A stretch of 60,720 nt of DNA, the filler included, from Nemertoderma westbladi (taxonomy: Eukaryota > Animalia > Xenacoelomorpha): assembly GCA_032718475.1 (NCBI GenBank). It is 2 parts of 2 records of this genome, joined end to end, with 100 filler letters (N's around TTAATTAATTAA, not from the genome) between each part and the next. Parts side by side here need not be neighbours in the genome. Positions count along the whole stretch, not along the records: positions 30,993 to 60,720 come from JAUCBJ010004833.1; 1 more part is not named here. One strand, written 5' to 3'. Made by a program: the position numbers and the translations under genes. Below the pieces are notes generated by a model. The model was not told the origin of the DNA. It did not search any database and worked only from the letters and a program-made list of their open reading frames with translations. Positions 46,577 through 59,709 of this stretch are shown in pieces (position 1 is the stretch's first letter; each line of letters starts with the position of its first letter).

Positions 46577-49500
46577 AACTTACCCTCCGGTAACTGCTCT
46601 ACCATTAACTCACCCTCCAGTAACAGCTCTCCCATTAACTTACCCTCCAGTAACCGCTCTCCCATTAACTTAACCTCCAGTAACCGCTCTCCCATTAACT
46701 TACCCTCCAGTAACCGCTCTCCCATTAACTTACCCTCCAGTAACCGTTATCCCATTTACTTACCCTCCAGTAACCGCTCTCCCATTAACTTACCCTCCAG
46801 TAACCGCTCTCCCATTAACTTACCCTCCAGTAACCGCTCTCCCATTAACTTACCCTCCAGTAACCGCTCTCCCATCAACTTACCCTCCAGTAACCGCTCT
46901 CCCATTAACTTACCCTCCAGTAACCGCTCTCCCATTAACTTACCCTCCAGTAACCGCTCTCCCATTAACTTACCCTCCAGTAATCGCTCTCCCATTAACT
47001 TACCCTCCAGTAAACGCTCTCCCATTTACTTACCCTCCAGTAACCGCTCTCCCATTAACTTACCCTCCAGTAACCGCTCTCCCATTTACTTACCCTCCAG
47101 TAACCGCTCTCCCATTAACTTACCCTCCAGTAACCGCTCTCCCATTAACTTACCCTCCAGTAACCGCTCTCCCATTAACTTACCCTCCAGTAACCGCTCT
47201 CCCATTAACTTACCCTCCAGTAACCGCTCTCCCATTAACTTACCCCCCAGTAACCGCTCTCCCATTAACTTACCCTCCAGTAACCGCTCTCCCATTAACT
47301 TACCCTCCAGTAACCGCTCTCCCATTAACTTACTCTCCAGTAACCGCTCTCCCATTAACTTACCCTCCAGTAACCGCTCTCCCATTAACTTACCCTCCAG
47401 TAACCGCTCTCCCATTAACTTACCCTCCAGTAACCGCTCTCCCATTAACTTACCCTCCAGTAACCGCTCTCCCATTAACTCACCCTCCAGTAACCGCTCT
47501 CCCATTAACTTAACCTCCAGTAACCGCTCTCCCATTAACTTACCCTCCAGTAACCGTTATCCCATTTACTTACCCCCCAGTAACCGCTCTCCCATTAACT
47601 TACCCTCCAGTAACCGCTCTCCCATTAACTTACCCTCCAATAACCGCTCTCCCATTAACTTACCCTCCAGTAGCCGCTCTCCCATTAACTTACCCTCCAT
47701 AGTAACCGCTCTCCCATTAACTTACCCTGCAGTAACCGCTCTCCCATTAACTTACCATGCAGTAACCGCTCTCCCATTAACTTACCCTCCAGTAACCGCT
47801 CTCCCATTAACTTACCCTCCAGTAACCGCTCTCCCATTAACTTACCCTCCAGTAACCGCTCTCCCATTAACTTACCCTCCAGTAACCGCTCTCCCATTAA
47901 CTTACCCCCCAGTAACCGCTCTCCCATTACCTTACCCTCCAGCAACCGCTCTCCCATTAACTTACCCTCCAGTAACCGCTCTCCCATTAACTTACTCTCC
48001 AGTAACCGCTCTCCCATTAACTTACCCTCCAGTAACCGTTATCCCATTTACTTACCCTCCAGTAACCGCTCTCCCATTAACTTACCCTCCAGTAACCGCT
48101 CTCCCATTAACTTACCCTCCAATAACCGCTCTCCCATTAACTTACCCTCCAGTAGCCGCTCTCCCATTAACTTACCCTCCATAGTAACCGCTCTCCCATT
48201 AACTTACCCTGCAGTAACCGCTCTCCCATTAACTTACCATGCAGTAACCGCTCTCCCATTAACTTACCCTCCAGTAACCGCTCTCCCATTAACTTACCCT
48301 CCAGTAACCGCTCTCCCATTAACTTACCCTCCAGTAACCGCTCTCCCATTAACTTACCCTCCAGTAACCGCTCTCCCATTAACTTACCCCCCAGTAACCG
48401 CTCTCCCATTAACTTACCCTCCAGCAACCGCTCTCCCATTAACTTACCCTCCAGTAACCGCTCTCCCATTAACTTACTCTCCAGTAACCGCTCTCCCATT
48501 AACTTACCCTCCAGTAACCGCTCTCCTATTAACTTACCCTCCAGTAACCGCTCTCCCATTAACTTACCCTCCAGTAACCGCTCTCCCATTAACTTACCCT
48601 CCAGTAACCGCTCTCCCATTAACTCACCCTCCAGTAACCGCTCTCCCATTAACTTAACCTCCAGTAACCGCTCTCCCATTAACTTACCCTCCAGTAACCG
48701 CTCTCCCATTAACTTACCCTCCAGTAACCGCTCTCCCATTAACTTACCCTCCAGTAACCGCTCTCCCATTAACTTACCCTCCAGTAACCGCTCTCCCATT
48801 AACTCACCCTCCCGTAACCGCTCTCCCATTAACTTACCCTCCAGTAACCGCTCTCCCATTAACTTACCCTCCAGTAACCGCTCTCACATTAACTTACCCT
48901 CCAGTAACCGCTCTCCCATTAACTTACCCTCCAGTAACCGCTCTCCCATTAACTTACCCTCCAATAACCGCTCTCCCATTAACTTAACCTCCAGTAACCG
49001 CTCTCCCATTAACTTAACCTCCAGTAACCGCTCTCCCATTAACTTACCCTCCAGTAGCCGCTCTCCCATTAACTTACCCTCCATAGTAACCGCTCTCCCA
49101 TTAACTTACCCTGCAGTAACCGCTCTCCCATTAACTTACCATGCAGTAACCGCTCTCCCATTAACTTACCATCCAGTAACCGCTCTCCCATTAACTTACC
49201 CTCCAGTAACCGCTCTCCCATTAACTTACCCTCCAGTAACCGCTCTCCCATTAACTTACCCTCCAGTAACCGCTCTCCCATTAACTTACCCTCCAGTAAC
49301 CGCTCTCCCATTAACTTACCCCCCAGTAACCGCTCTCCCATTAACTCACCCTCCAGTAACCGCTCTCCCATTAACTTACCCTCCAGTAACCGCTCTCCCA
49401 TTAACTTACCCTCCAGTAACCGCTCTCCAATTAACTTACCCTCCAGTAACCGCTCTCCAATTAACTTACCCTCCAGTAACCGCTCTCCCATTAATATACC

Positions 49501-52500
49501 CTGCAGTAATCGCTCTCCCATAAACTTACCCTCCAATAACCGCTCTCCCATTAACTTACCCTCCAGTAACCGCTCTCCCATTAACTTACCCTCCAGTAAC
49601 CGCTCTCCCATTAACTTACCCTCCAGTAACCGCTCTCCCATTAACTTACCCTCCATAGTAACCGCTCTCCCATTAACTTACCCCCCAGTAACCGCTCTCC
49701 CATTAACTTACCCTCCAGTAACCGCTCTCCCATTAACTTACCCTCCAGTAACCGCTCTCCCATTAACTTACCCTCCAGTAACCGCTCTCCGATTAATATA
49801 CCCTGCAGTAATCGCTCTCCCATAAACTTACCCTCCAGTAACCGCTCTCCCATTAACTTACCCTCCAGTAACAGCTCTCCCATTAACTTACCCTCCAGTA
49901 ACCGCTCTCCCATTAACTTACCCTCCAGTAACCGCTCTCCCATTAACTTACCCTCCAGTAACCGCTCTCCCATTAACTTACCCTCCAGTAACCGTTATCC
50001 CATTTACTTACCCTCCAGTAACCGCTCTCCCATTAACTTACCCTCCAGTAACCGCTCTCCCATTAACTTACCCCCCAGTAACCGCTCTCCCATTACCTTA
50101 CCCTCCAGCAACCGCTCTCCCATTAACTTACCCTCCAGTAACCGCTCTCCCATTAACTTACTCTCCAGTAACCGCTCTCCCATTAACTTACCCTCCAGTA
50201 ACCGTTATCCCATTTACTTACCCTCCAGTAACCGCTCTCCCATTAACTTACCCTCCAGTAACCGCTCTCCCATTAACTTACCCTCCAATAACCGCTCTCC
50301 CATTAACTTACCCTCCAGTAGCCGCTCTCCCATTAACTTACCCTCCATAGTAACCGCTCTCCCATTAACTTACCCTGCAGTAACCGCTCTCCCATTAACT
50401 TACCATGCAGTAACCGCTCTCCCATTAACTTACCCTCCAGTAACCGCTCTCCCATTAACTTACCCTCCAGTAACCGCTCTCCCATTAACTTACCCTCCAG
50501 TAACCGCTCTCCCATTAACTTACCCTCCAGTAACCGCTCTCCCATTAACTTACCCCCCAGTAACCGCTCTCCCATTAACTTACCCTCCAGCAACCGCTCT
50601 CCCATTAACTTACCCTCCAGTAACCGCTCTCCCATTAACTTACTCTCCAGTAACCGCTCTCCCATTAACTTACCCTCCAGTAACCGCTCTCCTATTAACT
50701 TACCCTCCAGTAACCGCTCTCCCATTAACTTACCCTCCAGTAACCGCTCTCCCATTAACTTACCCTCCAGTAACCGCTCTCCCATTAACTCACCCTCCAG
50801 TAACCGCTCTCCCATTAACTTAACCTCCAGTAACCGCTCTCCCATTAACTTACCCTCCAGTAACCGCTCTCCCATTAACTTACCCTCCAGTAACCGCTCT
50901 CCCATTAACTTACCCTCCAGTAACCGCTCTCCCATTAACTTACCCTCCAGTAACCGCTCTCCCATTAACTCACCCTCCCGTAACCGCTCTCCCATTAACT
51001 TACCCTCCAGTAACCGCTCTCCCATTAACTTACCCTCCAGTAACCGCTCTCCCATTAACTTACCCTCCAGTAACCGCTCTCCCATTAACTTACCCTCCAG
51101 TAACCGCTCTCCCATTAACTTACCCTCCAATAACCGCTCTCCCATTAACTTAACCTCCAGTAACCGCTCTCCCATTAACTTAACCTCCAGTAACCGCTCT
51201 CCCATTAACTTACCCTCCAGTAGCCGCTCTCCCATTAACTTACCCTCCATAGTAACCGCTCTCCCATTAACTTACCCTGCAGTAACCGCTCTCCCATTAA
51301 CTTACCATGCAGTAACCGCTCTCCCATTAACTTACCATCCAGTAACCGCTCTCCCATTAACTTACCCTCCAGTAACCGCTCTCCCATTAACTTACCCTCC
51401 AGTAACCGCTCTCCCATTAACTTACCCTCCAGTAACCGCTCTCCCATTAACTTACCCTCCAGTAACCGCTCTCCCATTAACTTACCCCCCAGTAACCGCT
51501 CTCCCATTAACTCACCCTCCAGTAACCGCTCTCCCATTAACTTACCCTCCAGTAACCGCTCTCCCATTAACTTACCCTCCAGTAACCGCTCTCCAATTAA
51601 CTTACCCTCCAGTAACCGCTCTCCAATTAACTTACCCTCCAGTAACCGCTCTCCCATTAATATACCCTGCAGTAATCGCTCTCCCATAAACTTACCCTCC
51701 AATAACCGCTCTCCCATTAACTTACCCTCCAGTAACCGCTCTCCCATTAACTTACCCTCCAGTAACCGCTCTCCCATTAACTTACCCTCCAGTAACCGCT
51801 CTCCCATTAACTTACCCTCCATAGTAACCGCTCTCCCATTAACTTACCCCCCAGTAACCGCTCTCCCATTAACTTACCCTCCAGTAACCGCTCTCCCATT
51901 AACTTACCCTCCAGTAACCGCTCTCCCATTAACTTACCCTCCAGTAACCGCTCTCCGATTAATATACCCTGCAGTAATCGCTCTCCCATAAACTTACCCT
52001 CCAGTAACCGCTCTCCCATTAACTTACCCTCCAGTAACAGCTCTCCCATTAACTTACCCTCCAGTAACCGCTCTCCCATTAACTTACCCTCCAGTAACCG
52101 CTCTCCCATTAACTTACCCTCCAGTAACCGCTCTCCCATTAACTTACCCTCCAGTAACCGCTCTCCCATTAACTTACCCTCCAGTAACCGCTCTCCCATT
52201 AACTTACCCTCCAGTAACCGCTCTCCCATTAACTTACCCTCCAGTAACCGCTCTCCCATTAACTTACCCTCCAGTAACCGCTCTCCCATTAACTTACCCT
52301 CCAGTAACCGCTCTCCAATTAACTTACCCTCCAGTAACCGCTCTCCCATTAACTTACCCTCCAGTAACCGCTCTCCAATTAACTTACCCTCCAGTAACCG
52401 CTCTCCCATTAACTTACCCTCCAGTAACCGCTCTCCCATTAACTTACCCTCCAGTAACCGCTCTCCCATTAACTTACCCTCCAGTAACCGCTCTCCCATT

Positions 52501-53143
52501 AACTTACCCTCCAGTAACCGCTCTCCCATTAACTTACCCTCCAGTAACCGCTCTCCCATTAACTTACCCTCCAGTAACCGCTCTCCCATTAACTTACCCT
52601 CCAGTAACCGCTCTCCCATTAACTTACCCTCCAGTAACCGCTCTCCCATTAACTTACCCTCCAGTAACCGCTCTCCCATTAACTTACCCTCCAGTAACCG
52701 CTCTCCAATTAACTTACCCTCCAGTAACCGCTCTCCAATTAACTTACCCTCCAGTAACCGCTCTCCCATTAATATACCCTGCAGTAATCGCTCTCCCATA
52801 AACTTACCCTCCAGTAACCGCTCTCCCATTAACTTACCCTCCAGTAACAGCTCTCCCATTAACTTACCCTCCAGTAACCGCTCTCCCATTAACTTACCCT
52901 CCAGTAACTGCTCTCCCATTAACTTACCCTCCAGTAACCGCTCTCCCATTAACTTACCCTCCAGTAACCGCTCTCCCATTAACTTACCCTCCAGTAACCG
53001 CTCTCCAATTAACTTACCCTCCAGTAACCGCTCTCCCATTAACTTACCCTCCAGTAACCGCTCTCCCATTAACTTACCCTCCAGTAACCGCTCTCCGATT
53101 AATATACCCTGCAGTAATCGCTCTCCCATAAACTTACCTCCAG
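46577..53143. repeat. 30-bp intronic minisatellite (about 6.5 kb)
   Basis: Unit CCAGTAACCGCTCTCCCATTAACTTACCCT; 2-bp insertion variants; 2166-bp higher-order duplication (48167/50333, 49069/51235, 49641/51807). Confidence 0.97.
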
Positions 53144-53149
53144 CAACGT

Positions 53150-53485
53150 CCAAGCGTTCAAGTGTCAAGCTAGTGGAGACTAATGAAACAACTCCAAGCT
53201 TGTATAGAGTCTGATTGGAGATGTTTTTATTGAACGTGACACATTGAACCTGTTGCAGCATTCTTGTATAAGTTCCACCCAGAGATTTGGTATCCTCTGC
53301 AGTTAGAGTCTGCAGTTAGTTAGCATGGTGTCCCAAGAGTACTGACAGTTTCCATAAATAATCGAATGTTGAGATTCCATTTTATTATATTGGACTTCCA
53401 AATCCTGGACAGACTATTCAATGCTCCCCATGTCTTATCCTTACGTATCCGAAGAGGTCTTTATCTGACTTCCAGATCCATGATT
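53150..53485 (-). mobile_element. Older RTE LINE fragment
   Basis: Minus translation LRIRKDKTWGALNRLSRIWKS, VQCVTFNKNISNQTLY parallels the adjacent copy. Confidence 0.65.
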
Positions 53486-53489
53486 CCAC

Positions 53490-55150
53490 TACTACTACTA
53501 CTACTAGGATCGGCATGCTGCATTGCAGCTGCATTTTTAAGAATGCTGTGCCGGCTTATCGACAAAATTGCACTGCCACAACTCCCTATCACCTATGAAA
53601 TTTGCTAGATCATCCGCATCTTCAAGGCCAGTGTCCTTTAAGATGCGTCTCAAGAAAGTCATGGGCTGTCCACCATGCTTATTCACTCCATGAGGCTGCC
53701 AAAGTACAAGATTATGCACTGGTTGGTCCTCACGGCGAAAGCAATGTCCTGTAAAGCGGAGGCGATTTTGTTCTAGTGTCAAGCTTGGGGGAACCAATGA
53801 GACACCTCCAATGTTATATAGTGTCTTGTTGGAGATGTGTGCATTGTACTTGACACAATGAACCCGGCGTAGCATTCTTGTGAATGTGCCATCCAGAGAT
53901 TTGTTGTCCTCAGCAGTTAAAGCCCAGCATGGACTCCCATAGAGGAGTACTGGAACTACTGCTGCTCTAAATAATCGGACCTTAAGTTTCCGATTAATTC
54001 TCGGTGACTTCCAAATCCTGGAAAGCCTATTCAAGGCTGCCCATGCCTTTCCCTTACGTATTCGAAGGTCCTCACCTGACTTCCGGATCCATGACCCTAG
54101 GTAACAGAAGTTGTGCACATGCTCAAGCACCATCTTTTGAGCTTATGCTCACACGATCAGAAACTTGCTGAGGACTTTCAAAGTTAACTGTCAAAATTTT
54201 GGTCTTTCTGGAGTTAATAAAAATGATTCCAAGTAGCAGACGTCTTCCACATGCGCAAGCAAGCCGTCAATGGAACTTATGTCTTTATGTTCAGACATTT
54301 ATTCGTGGTTGTCAAGGTTCACTGTCATAACTTTGCTCTTCTTGAAGTTTAGAAAAACACCAACACTAGAAGCAACCTGCTCCAGTGAGCAGACGGGCCT
54401 TTGGACTCTCTCTAGTGATTCTGACATTACCCCTATGTCATCAGCAAAGTGTAGATCAGAAGGTGCTCTGCTGGATTTCCTCTATTTCTTGTGCCAGTAG
54501 GGGGTATTACCATCATCCCATTTTTATAATGATGATTTAAGGACATGCATAGAACATAATCAACAACAATTTTGAATACGTATGGTGCAATTGTGACACC
54601 CTGACGGCCTCCCCATACATCTGAATACTTCGAATGGATCTATGTCTCCATCAGCAGTAGACACAAATGTGGTGGAACCATCATAGTGATCGGATAGCTG
54701 CAATAATTTCCCCAGGAATCCCATGTGATGCAAGTATGCTGAACATATGTCAGAGGCCTTAAAGAAGTCAACTAAGATAATAGACAGACGTCTGTCTGTC
54801 TTTGTTTAGTTCTTCGATTTTCATTCTAAGCGCCAAAATAGGCACCATGGTCCCACAATCTTTACATAACACATTTTGATTCCCATGCAACAGTCTCTCA
54901 ACAGGATCCTTGATATAGCTTTGTAGCAATCGAGATCAACGAGATTCCATGAAAATATCCAAAGGTTATTAGGTTGCCCTTCTTTGGTTGTGGCAGGGAC
55001 CAACGTAGTGGTTTTAATTTCTTGAGGCAAACTCTTTGTCCTATAGATATACATGTCCACAATAATGGGGTGAATGAGATCCAAATCTCATGGGAATTTT
55101 AATGACCTCAGGGGGCATGCCATCTACTCAACTGGCAAGATTGGTCTTCC
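53490..55150 (-). mobile_element. RTE-clade LINE, 5'-truncated, decayed
   Basis: FCYLGSWI, FRAAVVPVLLYGSPCW, RLRFTGHCFR; DLHFADDI RT motif near 54440-54460; (TAG)n tail at 53490-53506. Confidence 0.85.
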
Positions 55151-55258
55151 AGTATCCGCTGTTCCATTAACTTACCTGATTCTAAATTAAATTGACCTTG
55201 AAGTCTTCCTCATAATAAAAAGTGATATTTTCAAATATTTTTTTTTGTATCTGCATAG

Positions 55259-55498
55259 TTGGTGATCCCAGTGGGAGTGAATCAGAAAGATACATACTCC
55301 ATGTAGGAGGCATCAGTCATCAATCGCCCGACTTTGGAGTGGTTGGCAGTGGAACATATTCCTTTGATCCTGGATCGTATCCTATAACACTTCAGCACTA
55401 CGGAACCCGACCAGGTTTCGGACATGCTGATTACGACTATGTGATAGCAATAGATCAAACAGGAGGAGGAGCCACAACTTCTATTACGGACCCCTATG
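55259..55498 (+). CDS. Coding exon 2 (VGDPSGSESERY...DYDY beta-rich domain)
   Basis: Acceptor TTTTTTGTATCTGCATAG|TT, donor TATG|GTTAGT; phase 1-1, in frame with exons 1 and 3. Confidence 0.85.
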
Positions 55499-56934
55499 GT
55501 TAGTAATAGTATTAATGTATAGTGCTAAATGTCTTACAGACAAAGTATTTAACTTTTCTATATAATCCTATAATTTTACCAGGTGGAATAGGAATTCTGT
55601 GAAGCCCATTTGCACTTCAGACCCAAAAAAACAACGAATCTATAAATTCCAGGGTCCTAATAACAACATTGGACGGGAATCCGAAGACAACAGCATGTTA
55701 CTACAGTCTAACCATTCATCAGAGACATAACAAGCAGTCAAGTTTTATGAAGATCTGACTGGACTTATAAAGGACATTCTGAAACACAATCTCAAATTAT
55801 TGCTCTTGACCTGAATGTGCATATTGGCCCAGAAGACATCGAGAGTTACACCTATGCCGCCAGTTTGAACAGAAATGGATGCTACTCTTAGACATAATGT
55901 AAGAATGTTATTTGATACCAACAATCACGACATTCTAAAAGAGTAAGGGGAAGCTATGGACCTTTCGATGCCCTAATGGAATCAAAGCGCAGCTGGATTA
56001 CATCCTTATAAACAAAAAGTGGAGGAATGGAGGAACAGCATGATTAAATGCGAGGCATACATCTCGTTCAACCCAATTGGTTCAGACCACAGAATCGTAA
56101 CTGCAGAGGTCGGACTCAGTCTTAGAGACTCAGGACAAGCAAGCAAATCATTTGTGACTGGGAGAAACTCAGAACTGACAATGCAGTAAAGGATGCTTAC
56201 TTAGTAGAAGCTCAAAACCGCTATGAAGTAGTTCATATATAAAATAAATGGGTAAAACACAAGAGTCTTACACCCCACAAACTAACAAAAAACACAGGAT
56301 CAGGACATTACGATTATGAAGTAGTTCAGTCAATGGTTGAAGTCCACTCTACCGATTCTATATACCAGGTAATAATAAAAGGAAAAGTCCACAAGGAATC
56401 AGTGAAGAGGCTTATATTCCCCAGAAACCCAAACGTAAACTTTATGTGCTATGACAAGACTCTGAGGGAAGAGAGAATATCTTAAAGTGACCTACAACCA
56501 ACAGCCGAAAACATCAACAAGGTTGAGAAAGCTAAAAAAGATCCTAAAGCTATGAGAGGTACACACAGGACAAAATTGAAGTAATTATAACTGTTCACAT
56601 ACAGCAACAATCAAGACTTACCTGTTGTTTTAAGGGGCGCCTAAAAGCAGATAATCTTAAGAACGTGTTGGGAAAAGGTAATATCACTTCAGCAACTTGC
56701 TTGGGCAGCCTCCAAACATCGAGGTCAGCCCTACATGGATAATATCTGACAAGACACTATCTATAGAAACAGGGGTCTTACATCCCCTAATCTGCTTACT
56801 TACATCTGCTTACTCCAGAGAAGCATTAAATACTTACTTGTCAAATCATAACAAAAAAATAACATAACATAACTGGTGAGTAAGAAAAATGGATTTTGAT
56901 CAACAGATCAATAGATCAACAATAGCTCAGATAC

Positions 56935-57283
56935 TAAGCTTCTGTATCACGATATAACAAACCAATGTCAGCGACAATAACTTCTGGTATTCCAGAAGTA
57001 AGCTCTTAGGATTTTCAGCATTTTACCTCTATGGATGAAGTCAAATGATTTCTTTAAGTTCACATTTCAGAACATCAGGAAAGTTATTTGCTTAAATCTT
57101 TCAACCACCCTCCGGATTGAAGGATTTAACTCAAGTAACCTTCCTGCAGTTCTGATGTGAACTTAAAGAAAGCATTTGACTTCATCCATAGAGGTAAAAT
57201 GCTGAATATCTTAAGAGCTTTCTTCTGAAATACCAGAAGTAATTGTCGCTGGTATTGGTATTTAAATCGTAACACAGAAGCTC
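56935..57283. repeat. Diverged foldback (inverted duplication, about 170-bp arms) within the RTE RT region
   Basis: CAGCATTTTACCTCTATGGATGAAGTCAAATG pairs with CATTTGACTTCATCCATAGAGGTAAAATGCTG; loop near 57105-57112. Confidence 0.85.
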
Positions 57284-57565
57284 AGGCGCTCTCAACAGAT
57301 GGTGAAACTGAGTTGTTCTCAATCCTATCCTGACTGGCGAACTGCAGCGTGACATTGGAGTCATTACTATTCGTAATTGTATTGGATTACGCAATGACGA
57401 CAGCCGCAAAGGGAGAATGTCTTGGATTCGAATTCCCAGAACAAAGAAGCTGCATATATCCGTCACCTACAGTCATAGACACCGACTTTGCGTATGATAT
57501 CGCCCTGCTTTCTAATACGCAACAGATGCACAGCCTAGAATGAATAAAGTGGGGAGCCTGCTAAG

Positions 57566-58347
57566 CAGGGACAGGATACGATTCGATACGATACGAAAAT
57601 ACGATACGATACGAACCAATTTTTCGCGATACGATACGATACGAATGTATTATTGGGAAAATACCATACGATACGAAAAATCCAAGATACGATACGAAAT
57701 ACGAAAAAGTTTCGTATTTTTTCGTATCGTATTTTATTTAATAGTTGATAAAAAACATGTATTTTGTGGAGAAAATATTTTATAAATCTCTATATAATAG
57801 GCAAATATTTTTTATTTCAATGTTCCAGTATTGTCAGTTTGTATGTGTTCTTGCTACAGCAACAGTGTACAGCTGTAGGCCTATCCTAGGCAATTATGAT
57901 TATTGATGCAATTATGAATTTGATGTACCAATATGGAAAAAAATTTAACTTCCAAGTTCGAAGTTTTACTAGAATAAAACTGTGGTTTATTTCAAAATAA
58001 ATGTTTTTTTATTTTATAGTTTATATTTCAGTGGTCTTTTTATCATTATTCTACAGTTAATTACCATGAGATTAACGATCCTCCTGTCCTACACATTTTA
58101 TTGACATATGTATTGATAAAATTGTAAGCTGTAACTTATTTTATACACTGTGATCTCTGGTATGACTGTTAAAAAACAATAATATTTCCAAAATAATAAG
58201 ATACAAAAATACAAAAAATAATTATTCGTATTATACGATACGAAGTCAATTTTATTGATACGATACGAAATTCGATACGAAGAAAATAATGCGACACGAA
58301 ATATTAAAATTCGTTTTCGTATCGTATCGTATCGTATCCTGTCCCTG
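57566..58347. mobile_element. hAT-like MITE inserted in the RTE
   Basis: TIR CAGGGACAGGATACG / CGTATCCTGTCCCTG, subterminal (GATAC)n repeats, degenerate TSD CTGCTAAG / CTGTTATAAG. Confidence 0.8.
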
Positions 58348-58977
58348 CTGTTATAAGGAGGTTGGATTGCATATAAATGCTACAAAGACCGAATTCGTAG
58401 CTTTTAGTGTTAATGAGAACTTCATCACAATTGATAATAATCCACCAAGGAAAGCGGAGGACTTTCAGTTCCTTGGGTCATGGATAGTAGCAAAAAACGT
58501 ATAGAAGTTAATACCATCTGGAAATCAGGTCTCTCCAGGCACCTGAAGACCAAGTTAGAGCCACAGTGGAAATTGAACTTTTATACGGGGATAAGACCTG
58601 GACACTGACAAAATTTCTTGAACAACGAATTGATAGTTGTTACACAAGATTATTAAGGGCAGCCCTAAATATCTGTTGGAGACAACACAACAATACAACC
58701 TGTATAAACAACCCTCTGTGAACGCAAATTAAGATTCAGTGGGAACTGCTGGAGAAGTAAACATGAGGTCATACCAGATCTACTTTTCTGGCAACCAACA
58801 CAAGGAACGCATAGCCAAGGATGACCGGCTAGAAATATAGACCAACTTGAAAGGGATACTGAACTTGAGAGAAACGGAATTGCGTCAACTATGTAGATTC
58901 GGGAAGCCTGGTAGTAGTAGTAGTAACTGTCATTAAATCTTATCATTAATTAATATCTTGTTCTTGTTTTATTATAG

Positions 58978-59354
58978 GAATTCTGGGTTATCATGACGAA
59001 AGTAGCTACTTGTATGCTAGCGGTAAACCTGCCTCGCTAACAGTTGTATCAAACATACCAGGATTTAAAGATGTCTACGATCACTTGATAGACCGTGAAG
59101 GCAAGCTAAATGTTGGTTATATACCAACATCTGGCTCTGGGGTTACCATAGCAACTGGTGTTGATTTGGGACAACAGTCAGTAAAAGAATTACGGAGAAA
59201 AGGGATATCAGAGGAATTGATTGCCAAACTTAAAGATTACCTTGGTAAGAAGACGAGAGCCGAGGTAGAAGCTGCTGGATTGAACCCGGCAGATCTGAAG
59301 CTAAGCGACGATGAAGTGGCTGAACTCGATAAACCATTTGTTGACGACGCTATG
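58978..59354 (+). CDS. Coding exon 3: N-terminal part of pesticin-like muramidase domain
   Basis: Acceptor TTGTTTTATTATAG|GA, donor ATG|GTAAGC (phase 0); LIDREG...GYIP..GSGVTIATGVDLGQ..LRRKGISEELIAKLKDYLGKK. Confidence 0.85.
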
Positions 59355-59709
59355 GTAAGCCAAATTACTTCTATGTGCCAAACTGGGGGTGAGCGTGAGG
59401 TGGAGTTTTAATTAATTCGCTGAAAATGTTACTAGGGATTCATAAAACTTTCATAAAAAAATTTTCCTGAGAAGTCACAAATATACATACAGGAATATGT
59501 AGTATCATAATTTATTTGAAGAAATAGACTGCTTTTTATTTATTATTCCAAGGTGGAATTCACCTCAACAGGATCCACATTTCAGGTCGTGAATAAGGCC
59601 AGGGAATTAAGTAGCTTGTTTGTAATTAAGGGAATATTAGATTTACCTAAAGTCTAAAAAAATACAGTAAATCAGGTTGTCTAACTTCTACATAAAATCC
59701 TACATTTAG

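Larger units (their letters stand above)
55560..58925 (+). mobile_element. Decayed RTE-clade LINE (APE endonuclease + RT) in intron 2
   Basis: GSDHRIVTAEV (about 56080), KAFDFIHRGKM (about 57170), LLFVIVLDYAM, DFAYDIALLS, GLHINATKTE, LRFSGNCWR; (TAG)n tail 58912-58925. Confidence 0.8.

Noticed and set aside
46544-53261. Long repeat ORFs (NRSPINLPSS / MGERLLEGKL) as proteins
   Set aside because: By-product of a 30-bp unit without stops; 2-bp insertions shift frames at random; lies in a phase-consistent intron
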